DNA from: Mustelus asterias | Taxonomy: Eukaryota | Assembly (NCBI RefSeq): GCF_964213995.1 | Contig: NC_135806.1 | Span: 104,718,001 to 104,782,000 of the forward strand | Reading direction: 5' to 3' | Length of the DNA: 64,000 nucleotides | In this document: positions 1 to 11,639 of the stretch, piece after piece | Numbering within the stretch: the stretch's first letter is position 1 | Layout: each line of letters begins with the position of its first letter | The notes under the pieces: generated by a model | What the model was told of the DNA's origin: nothing | Databases searched by the model: none | The model's input: only the letters and a program-made list of their open reading frames with translations | Translations under genes and position numbers: made by a program

Positions 1-276
1 TCTTCCACCTTCTTCCGTTGGGAAAAAGATACAAAAATCTGAGGTCACGTACCAACCGACTCAAGAACAGCTTCTTCCCTGCTGCTGTCAGACTTTTGAA
101 TGGACCTACCTTGCATTAAGTTGATCTTTCTCTAGCTATGACTGTAACACTACATTCTGCACTCTCTCGTTTCCTTCTCTATGAACGGAATGTTTTGTCT
201 GTATAGCGCGCAAGAGACTATACTTTTCACTGTATGTTAATACATGTGACAATAATAAATCAAATCAAATCAAAAT
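1..276 (+). mobile_element. Rex1/Babar-type LINE 3' end (cut by window edge)
   Basis: Encodes FHLLPLGKRYKNLRSRTNRLKNSFFPAAVRLLN, then a 3'UTR ending tgtgacaataataaat(caaat)n; near-identical to the 3' part of 29926-30574. Confidence 0.8.
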
Positions 277-689
277 GGCATTATAGCACCTATCAATGTA
301 AGGTAAATCTCCAATCCATGGATAAACATGCAACGACCATAAAATGTGCCAAATATTTACTAAAGAGCAGGAAAACAAAGCAACACTCAGCCTTACACCT
401 CCAGCAAACACCCATGATGTCTACTGTGTTGTTTTCATTTGTTTATGGACACTGCTCCTTGGGGCCCTCTTATGTTCTTATGTCTGAATTTGCCTTGTAG
501 CTGCCATCTATATAGATCTCTTAAGAGTTTGGAAACTCTCTATTGTCCATTTAATCTGATCTGCTCATCACTTTGTAGTTTTTGGGCACCGCTCAGTACC
601 TCTATTTTTAACACAACACTGAAAACTGGGATCCTCCAGTGACACTGTACTCAGATTTCTTTTAAAATTGTATTGTTGTTTCCAAGTAG

Positions 690-1465
690 CCTCTCGAAAT
701 CTCCTGCCCCTTACCCTAAAATTAAGCCCCTTTGTGATTGACCCCTTAGCCAAGGGGAACAGCTGTTTCCTATTAACCCTGTCTGAACCCTCATAATCTT
801 ATACACCTCAATCATGTCCTCAGTCAGCCTTCTCTGCTCCAAAGCAAACAATCTAGAGGGCGATTCTCCCATCCTGCGGCGCTAACCTTTTAGGGGGGGT
901 GTCAGTGCTGGCCCAGGAATGTTTGGGAGGCCAGTGATCGGACCATGGGGTGGCGAGAGAGCCGGCATTGCGGAGGTTGTGGATCTGGTCAGCAATCGAG
1001 CTGGCCAGCAATCAGGGGGCTGGCTGACAGGGGCCACTGTTCATACACCAATCTTGGTGTTGACAGATGAGCGCATGCACAACGGCCTACTCAGCGCTAT
1101 GCTTCCGGCCTCTTGGGCGGGAATAGGCCTCGCCTACTGAATTCTGGAGTGAATCACGTTGAGGGACTCTGCAGTGCAGAGTGTGGGAGATTCTTCTCTG
1201 TCCCATTGAAAAAAACAGAGTGATTTACTCCAGTTTTCACATAAATTCGACAAAGAATTTGTTTGGGAGAATCCCGGCCATAGTCTTCCTTATAGCTCAA
1301 ATGCTCCATCCCAGGAATCATCCTGGTGAACCTCCTCTGTATCCCTCTTATGCTATCATGTCCTTCCTATAGTGAGGTGACCAGAAGTGCACAGAGTACT
1401 CCAGCTGTGGCCTAACCAACACTCTGTACAACTCCAACATTACCTCCTTACTCTTATACTCTATG
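690..1465 (-). mobile_element. Decayed CR1 LINE RT C-terminal fragment, split by a MITE
   Basis: Reverse complement resembles the RPxLEYxVxFWSP to C-terminal part of the CR1 ORF2s in this window; continues across the 857-1280 insertion. Confidence 0.7.
857..1280. mobile_element. Non-autonomous PIF/Harbinger-type element (short copy of GC-rich family)
   Basis: TIRs gggcgattctccca / tgggagaatcccggcc, flanked by tag...tag; core shared with 25492, 37859 and 47740 copies. Confidence 0.7.
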
Positions 1466-1769
1466 GCATGACTGATCTTATCAAATGGCGGAGCAGGTTT
1501 GAGGGGCTAATTCTTGTGTTCTTATCTCTCACTCCTAATATCCAATTATGTAAAAAGCCCTGATATTTAGACCTCTGAATTTTAGTCCCTTTGAGGACTT
1601 GACATCTGGTAAATGGTTATTTGAAGGAATTCATTGATTAAGCACTATTTTCTTCATAAACGTGCTACTACATAGGGAGAAAATAATTTGTTCTGTAGTT
1701 TTGAGGCCCAACCTATCAGTCAATAGGCTTATAGAGTTGAATAGTCACTAACTGGTCAAGGTGAATATT

Positions 1770-2030
1770 GTAAGTGCCTTTCTTTGGATCAGACATTAAC
1801 CTGTGATCTAGTCTGCTCAGTTTCAGGTGAATGTGAAAGATCCGCAATCCAATCCAAAGAGGAGCTGCAAGTTATCCCTATGTCTTTGCTAATAATTGCC
1901 CAGAGTGGCATGTGTTTTGATGCTCTTTGTGGGATTTGGCTGTGTGCAAATTGGATGGCAAATTTTCCTCCATTTCAGTGATTGCATTCAATGCAAGTGA
2001 AGGTGTGGCAGACATTTCTGAGGGAACTGA
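1770..2030 (+). mobile_element. Ancient DeuSINE relic (SacSINE1/AmnSINE1-like Deu domain)
   Basis: Blocks ctttggatcagacattaacc, tcaggtgaatgtgaaagatcc and tttgtgggatttggctgtgtgcaaattgg match the Deu-domain consensus as I recall it, in the right order. Confidence 0.6.
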
Positions 2031-3254
2031 CCCGACCATTGGGGGCCCTTGTTCACCTTTATGCACCGACCAATATTTTTTTCACCATCAATTATTTGAA
2101 TATCATGCACAGTATTTTCCGCAATTTCAGATGTGTGCTGTCAGTGGGTAAGGGTTCACAGCAGTCAGCGTGCACTTATAAAATTACTCCTGTAATACTG
2201 GATGGAAATCCAGAATTATTCATTCCATTGTTCATTTATATTTAGTGAGAAAATTGGCAGAATATCTTTTCCTCTTGGCCCCAGAAATCAATAGATTTAG
2301 TTCACTCTTAGATCTGCTTGTGACCGCTGTCTTTTTCAAAGTTCATGAGGCCAAGAGGAGGTCAGTTACATGCCAATGATGGTGCCTGTGCCATTGGGTG
2401 CTACTGGGGCACCCCATATAGATAACTGGCTGAAAACATCTGTTAAGGCAGCTAGGCTGAGAATGGGTGAGGTTCCACCCACCAGAACAGCTTGGTTGTC
2501 CTTGGTACTCAAGTGGGCCATATTCAATTTATTTTTACAAAAACACAATTCTGTCCTGAATTTACAAGTAACTCTCACGACAAATAGTTGCGAGGTAAAT
2601 CTGGTCCATATTTTTTCATGGTAAGCAACGTTCTGGGAACTCCTGACATAGGGTGCGTCCATCCTCAGCCTTAATCTTGCTTGCACTGGTGTCTGTGTTT
2701 GGGAAACAATAGTTGTTCTGCTCCCAAAAGATCATTATGGAACCCACTGTATGACCAAACCCCAACATGTCTATGTTATATCTTAGCAGTGTTCTGATGG
2801 ACTTTTGCCAAGAATACAGCAAGAGAACCCCTAATGGCTGTGGAATTTTGGCACCTTTACCCTATCCATTTGCCTTTAATGACCCATTGAACAAGTTGAG
2901 CAATATTCTAAAGGCTTCAAATTGTATATGAAGAAGCAACCTCAGTTGTCTTATTAATTCCTTGGTTCAATACACCCTAATGTTTCCTGGCAAACATCTT
3001 CACAGCTTGGTAATAAATGATAAAAATAAGAAACTCTAAGATTGGAACTTACAACCTTTGTTTGGCTGTCAAATACTCAGTTGCTTGATTTAGTGAGCTG
3101 CTCTGTGAAAATAATATTGATTGATTTTGCAATTGGCATTCAGATTAAACTACTTAAAAAAATTAACGTGACATATTATTTGAGCAAAATCACAAGGTGT
3201 GGATGAACATTTTATAATAATTTGCATTACTGTTACCAGGTTTCTTAGGTTAGG

Positions 3255-3557
3255 TTTTTTTTAGTTTTTTTATTATTGTCACAAGTAGGCTTACATTAAC
3301 ACTTCAATGAAGTTACTGTGAAAATCGTCACATTCCTGTGTCTGTTCGGTACACTGAGGGAGAATTTAGCATGGCCAATGCACCTAACCAGCACATCTTT
3401 CAGACTGTGAGAGAAAACCAGAGCACCCGGGTGAAACCCACACAGACACAGGGAGAACATGCAGACTCTGCGTTGACAGTGACCCAAGCTGGGAATCAAA
3501 CCCTGGTCCCTAGAGCTGTGAGGCAGCAGTGCTAACCATTGTGCCACCATGCCGTCC
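3255..3557 (-). mobile_element. HE1-like V-SINE, tail type B
   Basis: tRNA-like head (ggcatggtggcacaatggttagcact), V-domain (tctccctgtgtctgtgtgggtttc), tail ...cctacttgtgacaataataaa. Confidence 0.85.
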
Positions 3558-3574
3558 TAGAGCCATTATAGCAC

Positions 3575-5737
3575 AAGGTATCATGATGAGGAAACTGAAT
3601 CACAATGTAACCTCATGTATTGGAATAAGCCCTTGCGTGTATTAATGGTGACAAATTTCCTCGAGTCTTCCTCTAGTTCAAGCTGCTGGTACACATGGCT
3701 TAAGTCCAATTTTGTGTACTTGCGGCCTCCTGCCAGTTTAGAGTAAAGACCTTCTATCCTTGGGATAGGATATCTATCTATCCGAGCAGCTCTAGTCACA
3801 GTCAACTTGTAATTGCGACAGAACCTCACTGTGCAGTGTGGTCTTAACACACTGGGCGCAGCCCACTCTGAGAACGGTTTTGGTTTAATTATCCCTATGT
3901 TGTCCAGCCTCTTCAACTCCATCTCAACCTTTTGATGTAGGGCAAAAGGGACAGGCTGGGCTCTAAAGAATCTTGGCATTGACCCAGCGTTCACGTAAAT
4001 TTTAGCTTTTACTCTTCATTTTTTAATTCATTTACAGGATGTGTGCGTGGCTGGCTGGGCCAGCATTCATTGTCATCCCTGACTGTCCTCCATTTCAGAG
4101 GGCATTGAGAGTCAACCATTGCTGTGGTTCTGAAGTCACATGTAGACCAGACCAGGTAAGGATAGCAAATTTCCTTCCCTAAAGGACATTAGTGAACCAG
4201 ATCAGTTTTTATAACAATCAACAATGGTTTCATGGTCATCATTAGACCTTTTAGTTCCAGATTTTTATTGAATTTAAATTTTACCATCTGTGATGATGGG
4301 ATTTGAACCTGTGACCCCAGATCTTGCCCTGAGTCTCTGGGTTACCAGTCCAGTGACAATACAACTATGCCATCACCTCCCCCAGCATCACAGCTCTCTC
4401 TGCAAAACCTCTTTATATGTACAAAAGAGCTCCTGGAAAACCCCATCTGTGATGTTGAATATTTCCTGCCAATTCAACTCGATTTACATCAGTCAGTCTC
4501 GTCCCATAAGGCCAGGCCTCTATCCTTTTACTACCATCAGGGGCAGCGGAGCAGATTGGTGCTGGTAACAAACCAGTGTTGACGTGCTCAATAAGTTAAG
4601 TGTCTCCCCTGTATAGGTTGCCAACTTTGCTGAGGTATTGCCGAGCCTCATAAGTTACAGACCTCCCTGCAAATTTTTTTTGGTCTGTTCACCTATTATC
4701 TTGGCCGAAGCACTTGTATCAACCTCTATGGTTAATGGATGCTCATTAACCATAAGGACGATTCTGACGGTCTTATTTAACTTTACAAATGCTGAGCTTA
4801 TAAACTTGGATTTCTCTTCTAAATTTTCCTCAGTCTTGTTCACTTGGGTCCCTGGTTTTAAAACTAGATGTGGACTCTGCATTTGGCTTGTATGTGGACC
4901 TTCCACTTACATCTGAAATGAATGAACTCTTTACATTTGCATTTGCCTTGGGGATACTCTCCCCCAAAACAATAACACTTGTCAAACCCTTGTGGCTGAT
5001 GATTTCTCTTCCTTCTCACGGGCTCTTTCAGGCCTTCACTACCGGTATTCTGAGCATCCACCCTCTCTCGCTAAGTTTAGTTCACCTTGCCCTGCACGCC
5101 TTGCAGTTGAACAGCGTTTTGTTCAGCATTCTCTGTCGCTTGAGCTAATTCAACTGCTTTATCCAGGGATATTTTAGTTTTGTGAGCAGTTTCTTTTGGA
5201 TGATCAAATTGTTAATACCACATATGAGACGATCGCGTAACACATCACTTAATGATTGGTCAACAGTGTTCGGCCATTTGGCGAAGCGTAGCGGCAAAAG
5301 CAGAAACTGTCTCCTCTGGGTGCCGAATGACTGAATGGAATTTATATTGCTGCATAATAATGGAATATTGGGGATTATAGTGGTCCCTTACTAGAGTGAT
5401 GAGCTGGTCAAAGCATTTCGTATCTGGTGCCTCCAAAGATCTAAAGCTTCTGACGAGGTTATATGTTTGAGGCTTGCAAACCGCAAGTAAAATAACTTTC
5501 TACTTTTCTTCAGAAATTGTTTTGTTGGCTGCAAAAAAGTATCAAAGTCTTTCGATGTACTGGCCCCAACTTTCAACTTATGGATCAAACAGATCAATTT
5601 TCCCGAACAATGGCAACTAAGGTTTGCACAATGACTTTTGACCTTCCTTGCAGGTTTTTCCTTCAGGGACTCACCCTTCCCCTTCCAGATGTTGACGTCG
5701 TAATGACTGTCGGCTGATTTATTCTGGTCACCAATAT
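3575..5737 (-). mobile_element. Decayed Gypsy/Ty3 retrotransposon internal region (gag, protease, RT start)
   Basis: gag start LPLFGKIDLFDP..SWGQYIERL near 5620; protease EVDTSAS; RT SEWAAP...DRYPIPRIEGLYSKLAGGRKYTKLDLSHVYQQ...TINTRKGLFQYMRL; PBS-like tggtgaccag next to the LTR. Confidence 0.85.
4016..4383 (-). mobile_element. tRNA-derived SINE with L2/CR1-type tail, inserted in Gypsy pol
   Basis: Head ggggaggtgatggcatagttgtattgtcactggact with B-box ggttcaaatccc; tail gctggcccagccagccacgcacacatcc; reverse-oriented sister of 57547-57893. Confidence 0.75.
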
Positions 5738-5975
5738 TGTAGCGTGAGGAATCAAGACGAGGAAGCCTTGAATCACAACGGTGATTTATTGAAGGAAAGA
5801 TAAAACTATATACAAACAAACTCAATACAAATGCAGGTCTAGTTCCACTGACTCCTGGGCTCACAGGAGTTCTCTTCTACCGGAACCCACACCCTAACAC
5901 CCAACAGATGATATTTCATACATTTTCTCCTGATAGACTCCAAGAGAGCCTACAAACACTCAGAGGGGCCACACA
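5738..5975 (-). repeat. 5' LTR of the Gypsy element
   Basis: TGT...ACA ends, aataaa on the minus strand, abuts the PBS. Confidence 0.6.
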
Positions 5976-6960
5976 ATCACAAGAGCAGTAGATACAAGTG
6001 TTTTCCTTTCGGATGCAAACTGTTCCAAAAGAGTAAAATGTGTGAACTGGGGATAAAGTCTGTTACAATACTCTTGGGAGAATGGTTGACTCCCCGATAA
6101 TTAATTTCCTCCATGTTGTAAAATGTTGAAATGTAAATAACGAAAATAGAAACAAAACAAAAGCTCATCAAGAGCTTGTTAACTGCTTGTTCCAATCTGA
6201 AATATGCCGGTTGCCCAGATACATTTAGTATTTTCCCTAAGATAGAGGCGATATATGAATAATGTCTGTGATTCATTTTCTAACAGAGCTGAAGTGGTTT
6301 ATGTCTCAGTGGGACATCCTGTTTGAAACAGTCCATCTGCGTTTTAAAGCATGGAAATCATTCCACTTTCATTAGCAATCCAAACTCTACAGTTCCACAT
6401 GCCCTTCTTATCCATCATGACCTCTTTGATCAAAACTGATGTGACCTGTTACAGCTGCAGTTCAACTGCATATATATTTCCTTAACATGCCTGAAGTATA
6501 CTCTCAGCAAAATAAAGTGGAAGCATAACTATCTTCTACAGAGGGCTCACAAACTGTAAATTATATATTATACAAAGGCAATTATTGGGATGAAGTAACA
6601 GGACTTCTTGCATTGAGTTGTGCTATCTTTACGCCAATTCTAAAAAAGGATTTTGCCCACCAGAGGTCAGGGGAGGTTACATGAGTTCATTCGTAGGCGC
6701 AATCGAGTAGTATTTGAAGTCATGAAAGATCTATATACTTTTTAGGAGTAGATGGAAATTAGAATGCAGCCTTTAAAATGTCAGTTTTGCCTGAACAATT
6801 TGGCAGCAGTGTGTAGACTGGGCAAATAAAGAATTATTGGTGGTCAAAGGAATAGCATAGAGTCATAGGCCAAGATTTTCCAGCTCTTTTGAGCACGTGG
6901 TCAGAGGCAAGAAGTCTATCAGAATGGTATGGAAAGGCAACAGGTGGAAGGCCTACCACC

Positions 6961-9272
6961 ACAGGATTAAGGAGAATCCCAAGGCATTTTATTCATACGT
7001 TAGGAACAAAAGGGTTGTAAGGGAAAAAATCGGACCTCTCAGGGACAAAAGTGGGGACTTATGCTTGGAGCCCAAAGAGGTAGGGGAGATCCTAAATGAA
7101 TACTTTGCGTCGGTATTCACTAAGGAGAGGGATGTGTTGACTGGGAGTGTCTCGGAGGGGAGTGTTGAACCGTTGGAGAAAATCTCCATTACAAAGGAGG
7201 AAGTGTTAGGTTTGTTAGAGAATATAAAGACTGACAAATCCCCAGGGCCTGATGGAATCTATCCAAGGCTGCTCAGGGAGACGAGAGGTGAAATAGTTGG
7301 GCCTCTGACGCAAATCTTTGTCTCGTCACTGGACACAGGTGAGGTCCCAGAGGATTGGAGGCTAGCCAATGTGGTCCCGTTATTTAAGAAGGGTAGGAAG
7401 GATAACCCGGGTAATTATAGGCCGGTGAGCTTGACGTCCGTGGTGGGGAAGTTGTTGGAGAAGATTCTTAAAGATAGGATGTATGCGCATTTAGAAAGGA
7501 ATAAACTCATTAACGATAGTCAACATGGTTTTGTGAGAGGGAGGTCATGCCTCACGAACCTGGTGGTGTTTTTTGAAGAAGTGACCAAAATGGTTGACGA
7601 AGGAAGGGCCGTGGATGTTGTCTATATGGACTTTAGTAAAGCGTTTGACAAAGTCCCTCATGGTAGGCTAGTGAAAAAGGTTGGATCCCATGGGATAAAG
7701 GGGGAGGTGGCTAGATGGGTGGAGAACTGGCTTGGTCATAGAAGACAGAGGGTGGTAGTGGAAGGGTCTTTTTCCGGCTGGAGGCCTGTGACTAGTGGTG
7801 TACCGCAGGGCTCTGTATTGGGACCTCTGCTGTTTGTGATTTATATAAATGATCTGGAAGAAGGAGTAACTGGGGTGATCAGTAAGTTTGCGGACGACAC
7901 AAAACTGGCAGGACTTGCAGATAGTGAGGAACATTGTCAGAGGCTACAGAAGGATATAGATAGGCTGGAAATTTGGGCAAGGAAATGGCAGATGGAGTTC
8001 AATCCTGATAAATGCGAAGTGATGCATTTTGGTGGGAATAATGTAGGGAGGAGCTACACGATAAATGGAAGAACCATAAAGGGTGTAGAGACGCAGAGGG
8101 ACCTGGGTGTGCAAGTCCACAGATCTTTGAAGGTGACGTCACAGGTGGAGAAGGTGGTGAAGAAGGCATATGGCATGCTTGCCTTTATAGGACGGGGCAT
8201 AGAGTATAAAAGTTGGGGTCTGATGTTGCAGATGTATAGAACGTTGGTTCGGCCGCATTTGGAATACTGCGTCCAGTTCTGGTCGCCACACTACCAGAAG
8301 GACGTGGAGGCTTTGGAGAGAGTACAGAGGAGGTTTACCAGGATGTTGCCTGGTATGGAGGGGCTTGGTTATGAGGAGAGATTGGGGAAACTGGGGTTGT
8401 TCTCCCTGGAAAGACGGAGGATGAGGGGAGACTTAATAGAGGTGTATAAAATTATGAAAGGCATAGATAGGGTGAACGGTGGGAAGCTTTTCCCCGGGTC
8501 GGTGGTGACGTTCACGAGGGGTCATAGGTTCAAGGTGAAGGGGGGGAGGTTTAACACAGATATCAGAAGGACATATTTTACACAGAGGGTCGTGGGGGCC
8601 TGGAATGTGTTGCCGGGCAAGGTGGTGGAGGCGGACACACTGGGAACGTTTAAGACTTATCTAGACAGCTATATGAATGGAGTGGGAATGGAGGGATACA
8701 AAAGAGTGATCTAGTTTGGACCAGGGAGCGGCGCGGGCTAATTGTTCCTGGTTTCTCGTTTCAAGGCTTCATTCTACGATCATCTTGCTGGTGCCAGTAC
8801 AGAGTGAGACTGCGGATAGTTGGGAACCTGTCTCGGGGGCAGGGGATTCATATGGTGTTCGTGGAAGTGGAAATGACTAGGGTTGGGAAGCATTTTCCGA
8901 TCGGGGCCATTGTGATCTCCTGGACTCGTTTCGATCGCCTCAGGGGGTCGGAGAGGAATTTCCCAGATTTTTTTTCCCCATATTGGCCCTGGGGTTTTTC
9001 ACTCTGGGTTTTCGCCTCTCCCTGGAGATCACATGGTCTGGAATGGGGGGGGTGGGGGTAAGTTAATAGGTTGTAATGAACAAAGCATCGTAGCTGTGAG
9101 GGACAGCTCGGTGGATAGGATATTGGTATGTAGATAGGCTGGAAAATTGGGCGGGGATCCTGGATTCAGGATTCAATCCTGGACCGGGGAGCGGCACGGG
9201 CTTGGAGGGCCGAAGGGCCTGTTCCTGTGCTGTATTGTTCTTTGTTCTTTGTTCTTTGTTCTTTGTTTGTTC
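6961..9272 (+). mobile_element. Young 5'-truncated CR1 (HER1-like) LINE with long 3'UTR and (gttcttt)n tail
   Basis: Open RT frame, 3' hairpin gggccgaagggcct, heptamer tail. Confidence 0.95.
6963..8714 (+). CDS. CR1 ORF2 reverse transcriptase (5'-truncated, uninterrupted)
   Basis: [37 protein letters not shown] and FADD motifs; the first ~22 aa of the listed ORF are flanking DNA. Confidence 0.9.
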   Translation, partial: RIKENPKAFYSYVRNKRVVREKIGPLRDKSGDLCLEPKEVGEILNEYFASVFTKERDVLTGSVSEGSVEPLEKISITKEEVLGLLENIKTDKSPGPDGIYPRLLRETRGEIVGPLTQIFVSSLDTGEVPEDWRLANVVPLFKKGRKDNPGNYRPVSLTSVVGKLLEKILKDRMYAHLERNKLINDSQHGFVRGRSCLTNLVVFFEEVTKMVDEGRAVDVVYMDFSKAFDKVPHGRLVKKVGSHGIKGEVARWVENWLGHRRQRVVVEGSFSGWRPVTSGVPQGSVLGPLLFVIYINDLEEGVTGVISKFADDTKLAGLADSEEHCQRLQKDIDRLEIWARKWQMEFNPDKCEVMHFGGNNVGRSYTINGRTIKGVETQRDLGVQVHRSLKVTSQVEKVVKKAYGMLAFIGRGIEYKSWGLMLQMYRTLVRPHLEYCVQFWSPHYQKDVEALERVQRRFTRMLPGMEGLGYEERLGKLGLFSLERRRMRGDLIEVYKIMKGIDRVNGGKLFPGSVVTFTRGHRFKVKGGRFNTDIRRTYFTQRVVGAWNVLPGKVVEADTLGTFKTYLDSYMNGVGMEGYKRVI

Positions 9273-9710
9273 CCACCACCATGCCATTTCGCCAGTGGTG
9301 GGAAAGGTGGCAGATGATCTGCTCGTACAGAATCACATTAGGACACTGAAGTGACCAGTTAAGGGCCCCTTCCCACCTCCATTAGCATTTTACCCCAACT
9401 GCCTCCCAAGGGGCTCTGGGGAGGGGCTCTATTTTTGCTACCCTTTAGCCCCTGAAGGCAGGAGCAGCCAGAGCAGTGGACAGTGCTCGTGGTTGTTCTG
9501 CTAGGTCTAATGTGCTGTTAGCCTATTGATTGGCTGGGCAATTCTTGGGAGTGCTCAGCTATCCTTCATCGGATGGTAGCCCCTGAAGCAGCCACGTAAT
9601 TGGCTGTAGTCTGTAAAATACACCCCTTGCTCCTGCCACCCCAAAGCAGGATTGTCCTCTGCTTTTGGCCTTGGTGGCGGGATCCCTGCTGCCTCTAAAA
9701 ATTCCAGACC

Positions 9711-9870
9711 ATTGCATCGTTATGGTGTGAAAGGAGACCTTTTGGCCCATTGAGTCCCTACCGGCTCTTTGTAGAGGAATCCAGTCAGTCCCATTCCCTT
9801 GCTTTAGCCCATAGCCTGGCAAGTTTATTTCGTTCAAACGGCTATTCATTTACCTTCGAAAGCTTTGATG
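9711..9870 (-). mobile_element. Old CR1 3' end fragment
   Basis: Reverse-strand 3' hairpin/UTR signature (gaccttttggcccattgagtc). Confidence 0.55.
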
Positions 9871-10410
9871 TGAACTCAATCATTCCTACCAGCAACAACA
9901 GTATCTAGTTTGCACATAAAGGAGAAAAAATTATATTAAAAAATTGTGATGCTGGGAAAGTGGCCCCTCAAGTTATGTGCCTTCAGATGTCAGTCCTCCC
10001 CACACAATTTAAAATTGGCAGCTTTAGTGTTCAAATGTACCACAAGTTGTAATTATGACTAAATGTAATATGTATATGATATTATTTTATGCTGCAGTCT
10101 TGAACAATACATAATAAAACTGGCAAATGTACAATATCAGCCCAGTAGGTTGTGAAAAAATAAAACATTTTAAATTCAGTACAGGATTTGAGTATAGGGA
10201 TAGAAATGTTTTGCTGCAATAGTATAGGGCATTGGTGGGGCCACACCTGGAGTATTGTCTGCAGTTTTTGTGTCCTTATCTGAGGAAGGATGTCCTTGCT
10301 ATAAAGGGAGTACAGTGAAGATTTACCAGGCTGATTCCTGGGATGGCATATGAGGAGAGGTTACGTCAGTTAGGGTTATATTCACTGGAGTTTAGAAGAG
10401 TGAGAGGGGA

Positions 10411-10759
10411 TTCATAGATTCATAGAAACCCTACAGTGCAGAAAGAGGCCATTCGGCCCATCGAGTCTGCACCGACCACAATCCCACCCCGGCCCTACCC
10501 CCATATCCCTACATATTTAGCCACTAATCCCTCTAACCTACGCATCTCAGGATACTAAGGGGCAACTTTAGCATGGCCAATCAACCTAACCCGCACATCT
10601 TTGGACTGTGGGAGGAAACCGGAGCACCCGGAGGAAACCCACACAGACACGAGGAGAATGTGCAAACTCCACACAGACAGTGACCCAAGCCGGGAATCGA
10701 ACCCAGGTCCCTGGAGCTGTGAAGCAGCAGTGCTAACCACTGTGCTACCGTGCCGCCCC
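10411..10759 (-). mobile_element. HE1 V-SINE, CR1-derived tail (type A)
   Basis: tRNA head, V-domain, tail ggccgaatggcctc...ctgtagggtttctatgaatctatgaa. Confidence 0.9.
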
Positions 10760-10819
10760 AAATAGACAATTCCACAATTTCCCAAGTTATCCTCTATTTG
10801 CCAGATCTTTGCCCACTTA

Positions 10820-11170
10820 TATAGAAATATAGAATTATATAGAAACCCTACAGTGCAGAAGGAGGCCATTCGGCCCATCGAGTCTGCACCGACCACAATC
10901 CCACCCAGGCCCTACCCCCACATATTTACCCGCTAATCCCTCTAACCTTCGCATCTCAGGATTCTAAGGGTCAATTTTTAACCTGGCCAATCAATCTAAC
11001 CTGTACATCTTTGGACTGTGGGAGGAAACCGGAGCACCCGGAGGAAACCCACGCAGACACGAGGAGAATGTGCAAACTCCACACAGACAGTGACCCGAGC
11101 CGGGAATCGAACCCGGGACCCTGGAGCTGTGAAGCAGCAATGCTAACCACTGCGCTACCGTGCCGCCCCC
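10820..11170 (-). mobile_element. HE1 V-SINE, type A
   Basis: Near-identical to 10411-10759. Confidence 0.9.
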
Positions 11171-11500
11171 ACTCTCATAGAAACTTAGAAAATTCTAAAA
11201 GTGTCAGACAGGGTAGATTCAGAAAAAAAACGTTCCCAATGGTGGGGGAGTCCAAAATTAGCGGTCATAGTTTGAGGATAAGAACTGAGGTGAGGAGAAA
11301 TTTCTTCAGCCAGAGGGTGGTGAAAGTGTGGAATTCACTACCATAGAATGTAGTTGAGGCCAAAATGTTGTCTGATTTCAAGAAGAAATTAGATATAGCT
11401 CAATAGGGGCTAAAGGGATCAAGGAATATGGGGGTAGGGGGATCAGGATATTGAATTTGATGATCAGCCATGATCAAAATGAATGGCGGAGAAGGTTCGA

Positions 11501-11635
11501 ACTATTGGATAGGCACATGCAGCACACCAGGATGATAGGGAGTGGGATAGCTTGATCTTGGTTTCAGATAAAGCTCGGAACAACCTCGTGGGCCGAAGGG
11601 CCTGTTCTGTGCTGTACTGTTCTATGTTCTATGTT
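11501..11635 (+). mobile_element. CR1 extreme 3' end
   Basis: gtgggccgaagggcctgttctgtgctgtac followed by (gttctat)n tail. Confidence 0.75.
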
Positions 11636-11639
11636 TTAT

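Larger units (their letters stand above)
6868..9710. mobile_element. Decayed Harbinger-type MITE split by a CR1 insertion
   Basis: Imperfect TIRs ggccaagattttcc / aaaattccagacc, flanks ata/att; the two halves join at ccacc. Confidence 0.5.
10180..11500 (+). mobile_element. Decayed CR1 3' fragment interrupted by two SINEs
   Basis: ggccacacctggagtattg...tttagaagagtgagagggga, resuming at ctcatagaaact...gaaatttcttcagccagagggtggtg. Confidence 0.8.

Noticed and set aside
2366-2822. Overlapping 68-106 aa ORFs as host exons
   Set aside because: No recognisable domain and no convincing splice-site pair
10690-10759. tRNA genes at SINE heads
   Set aside because: A/B-box regions are followed by the V-domain and LINE tail, and no full cloverleaf is present
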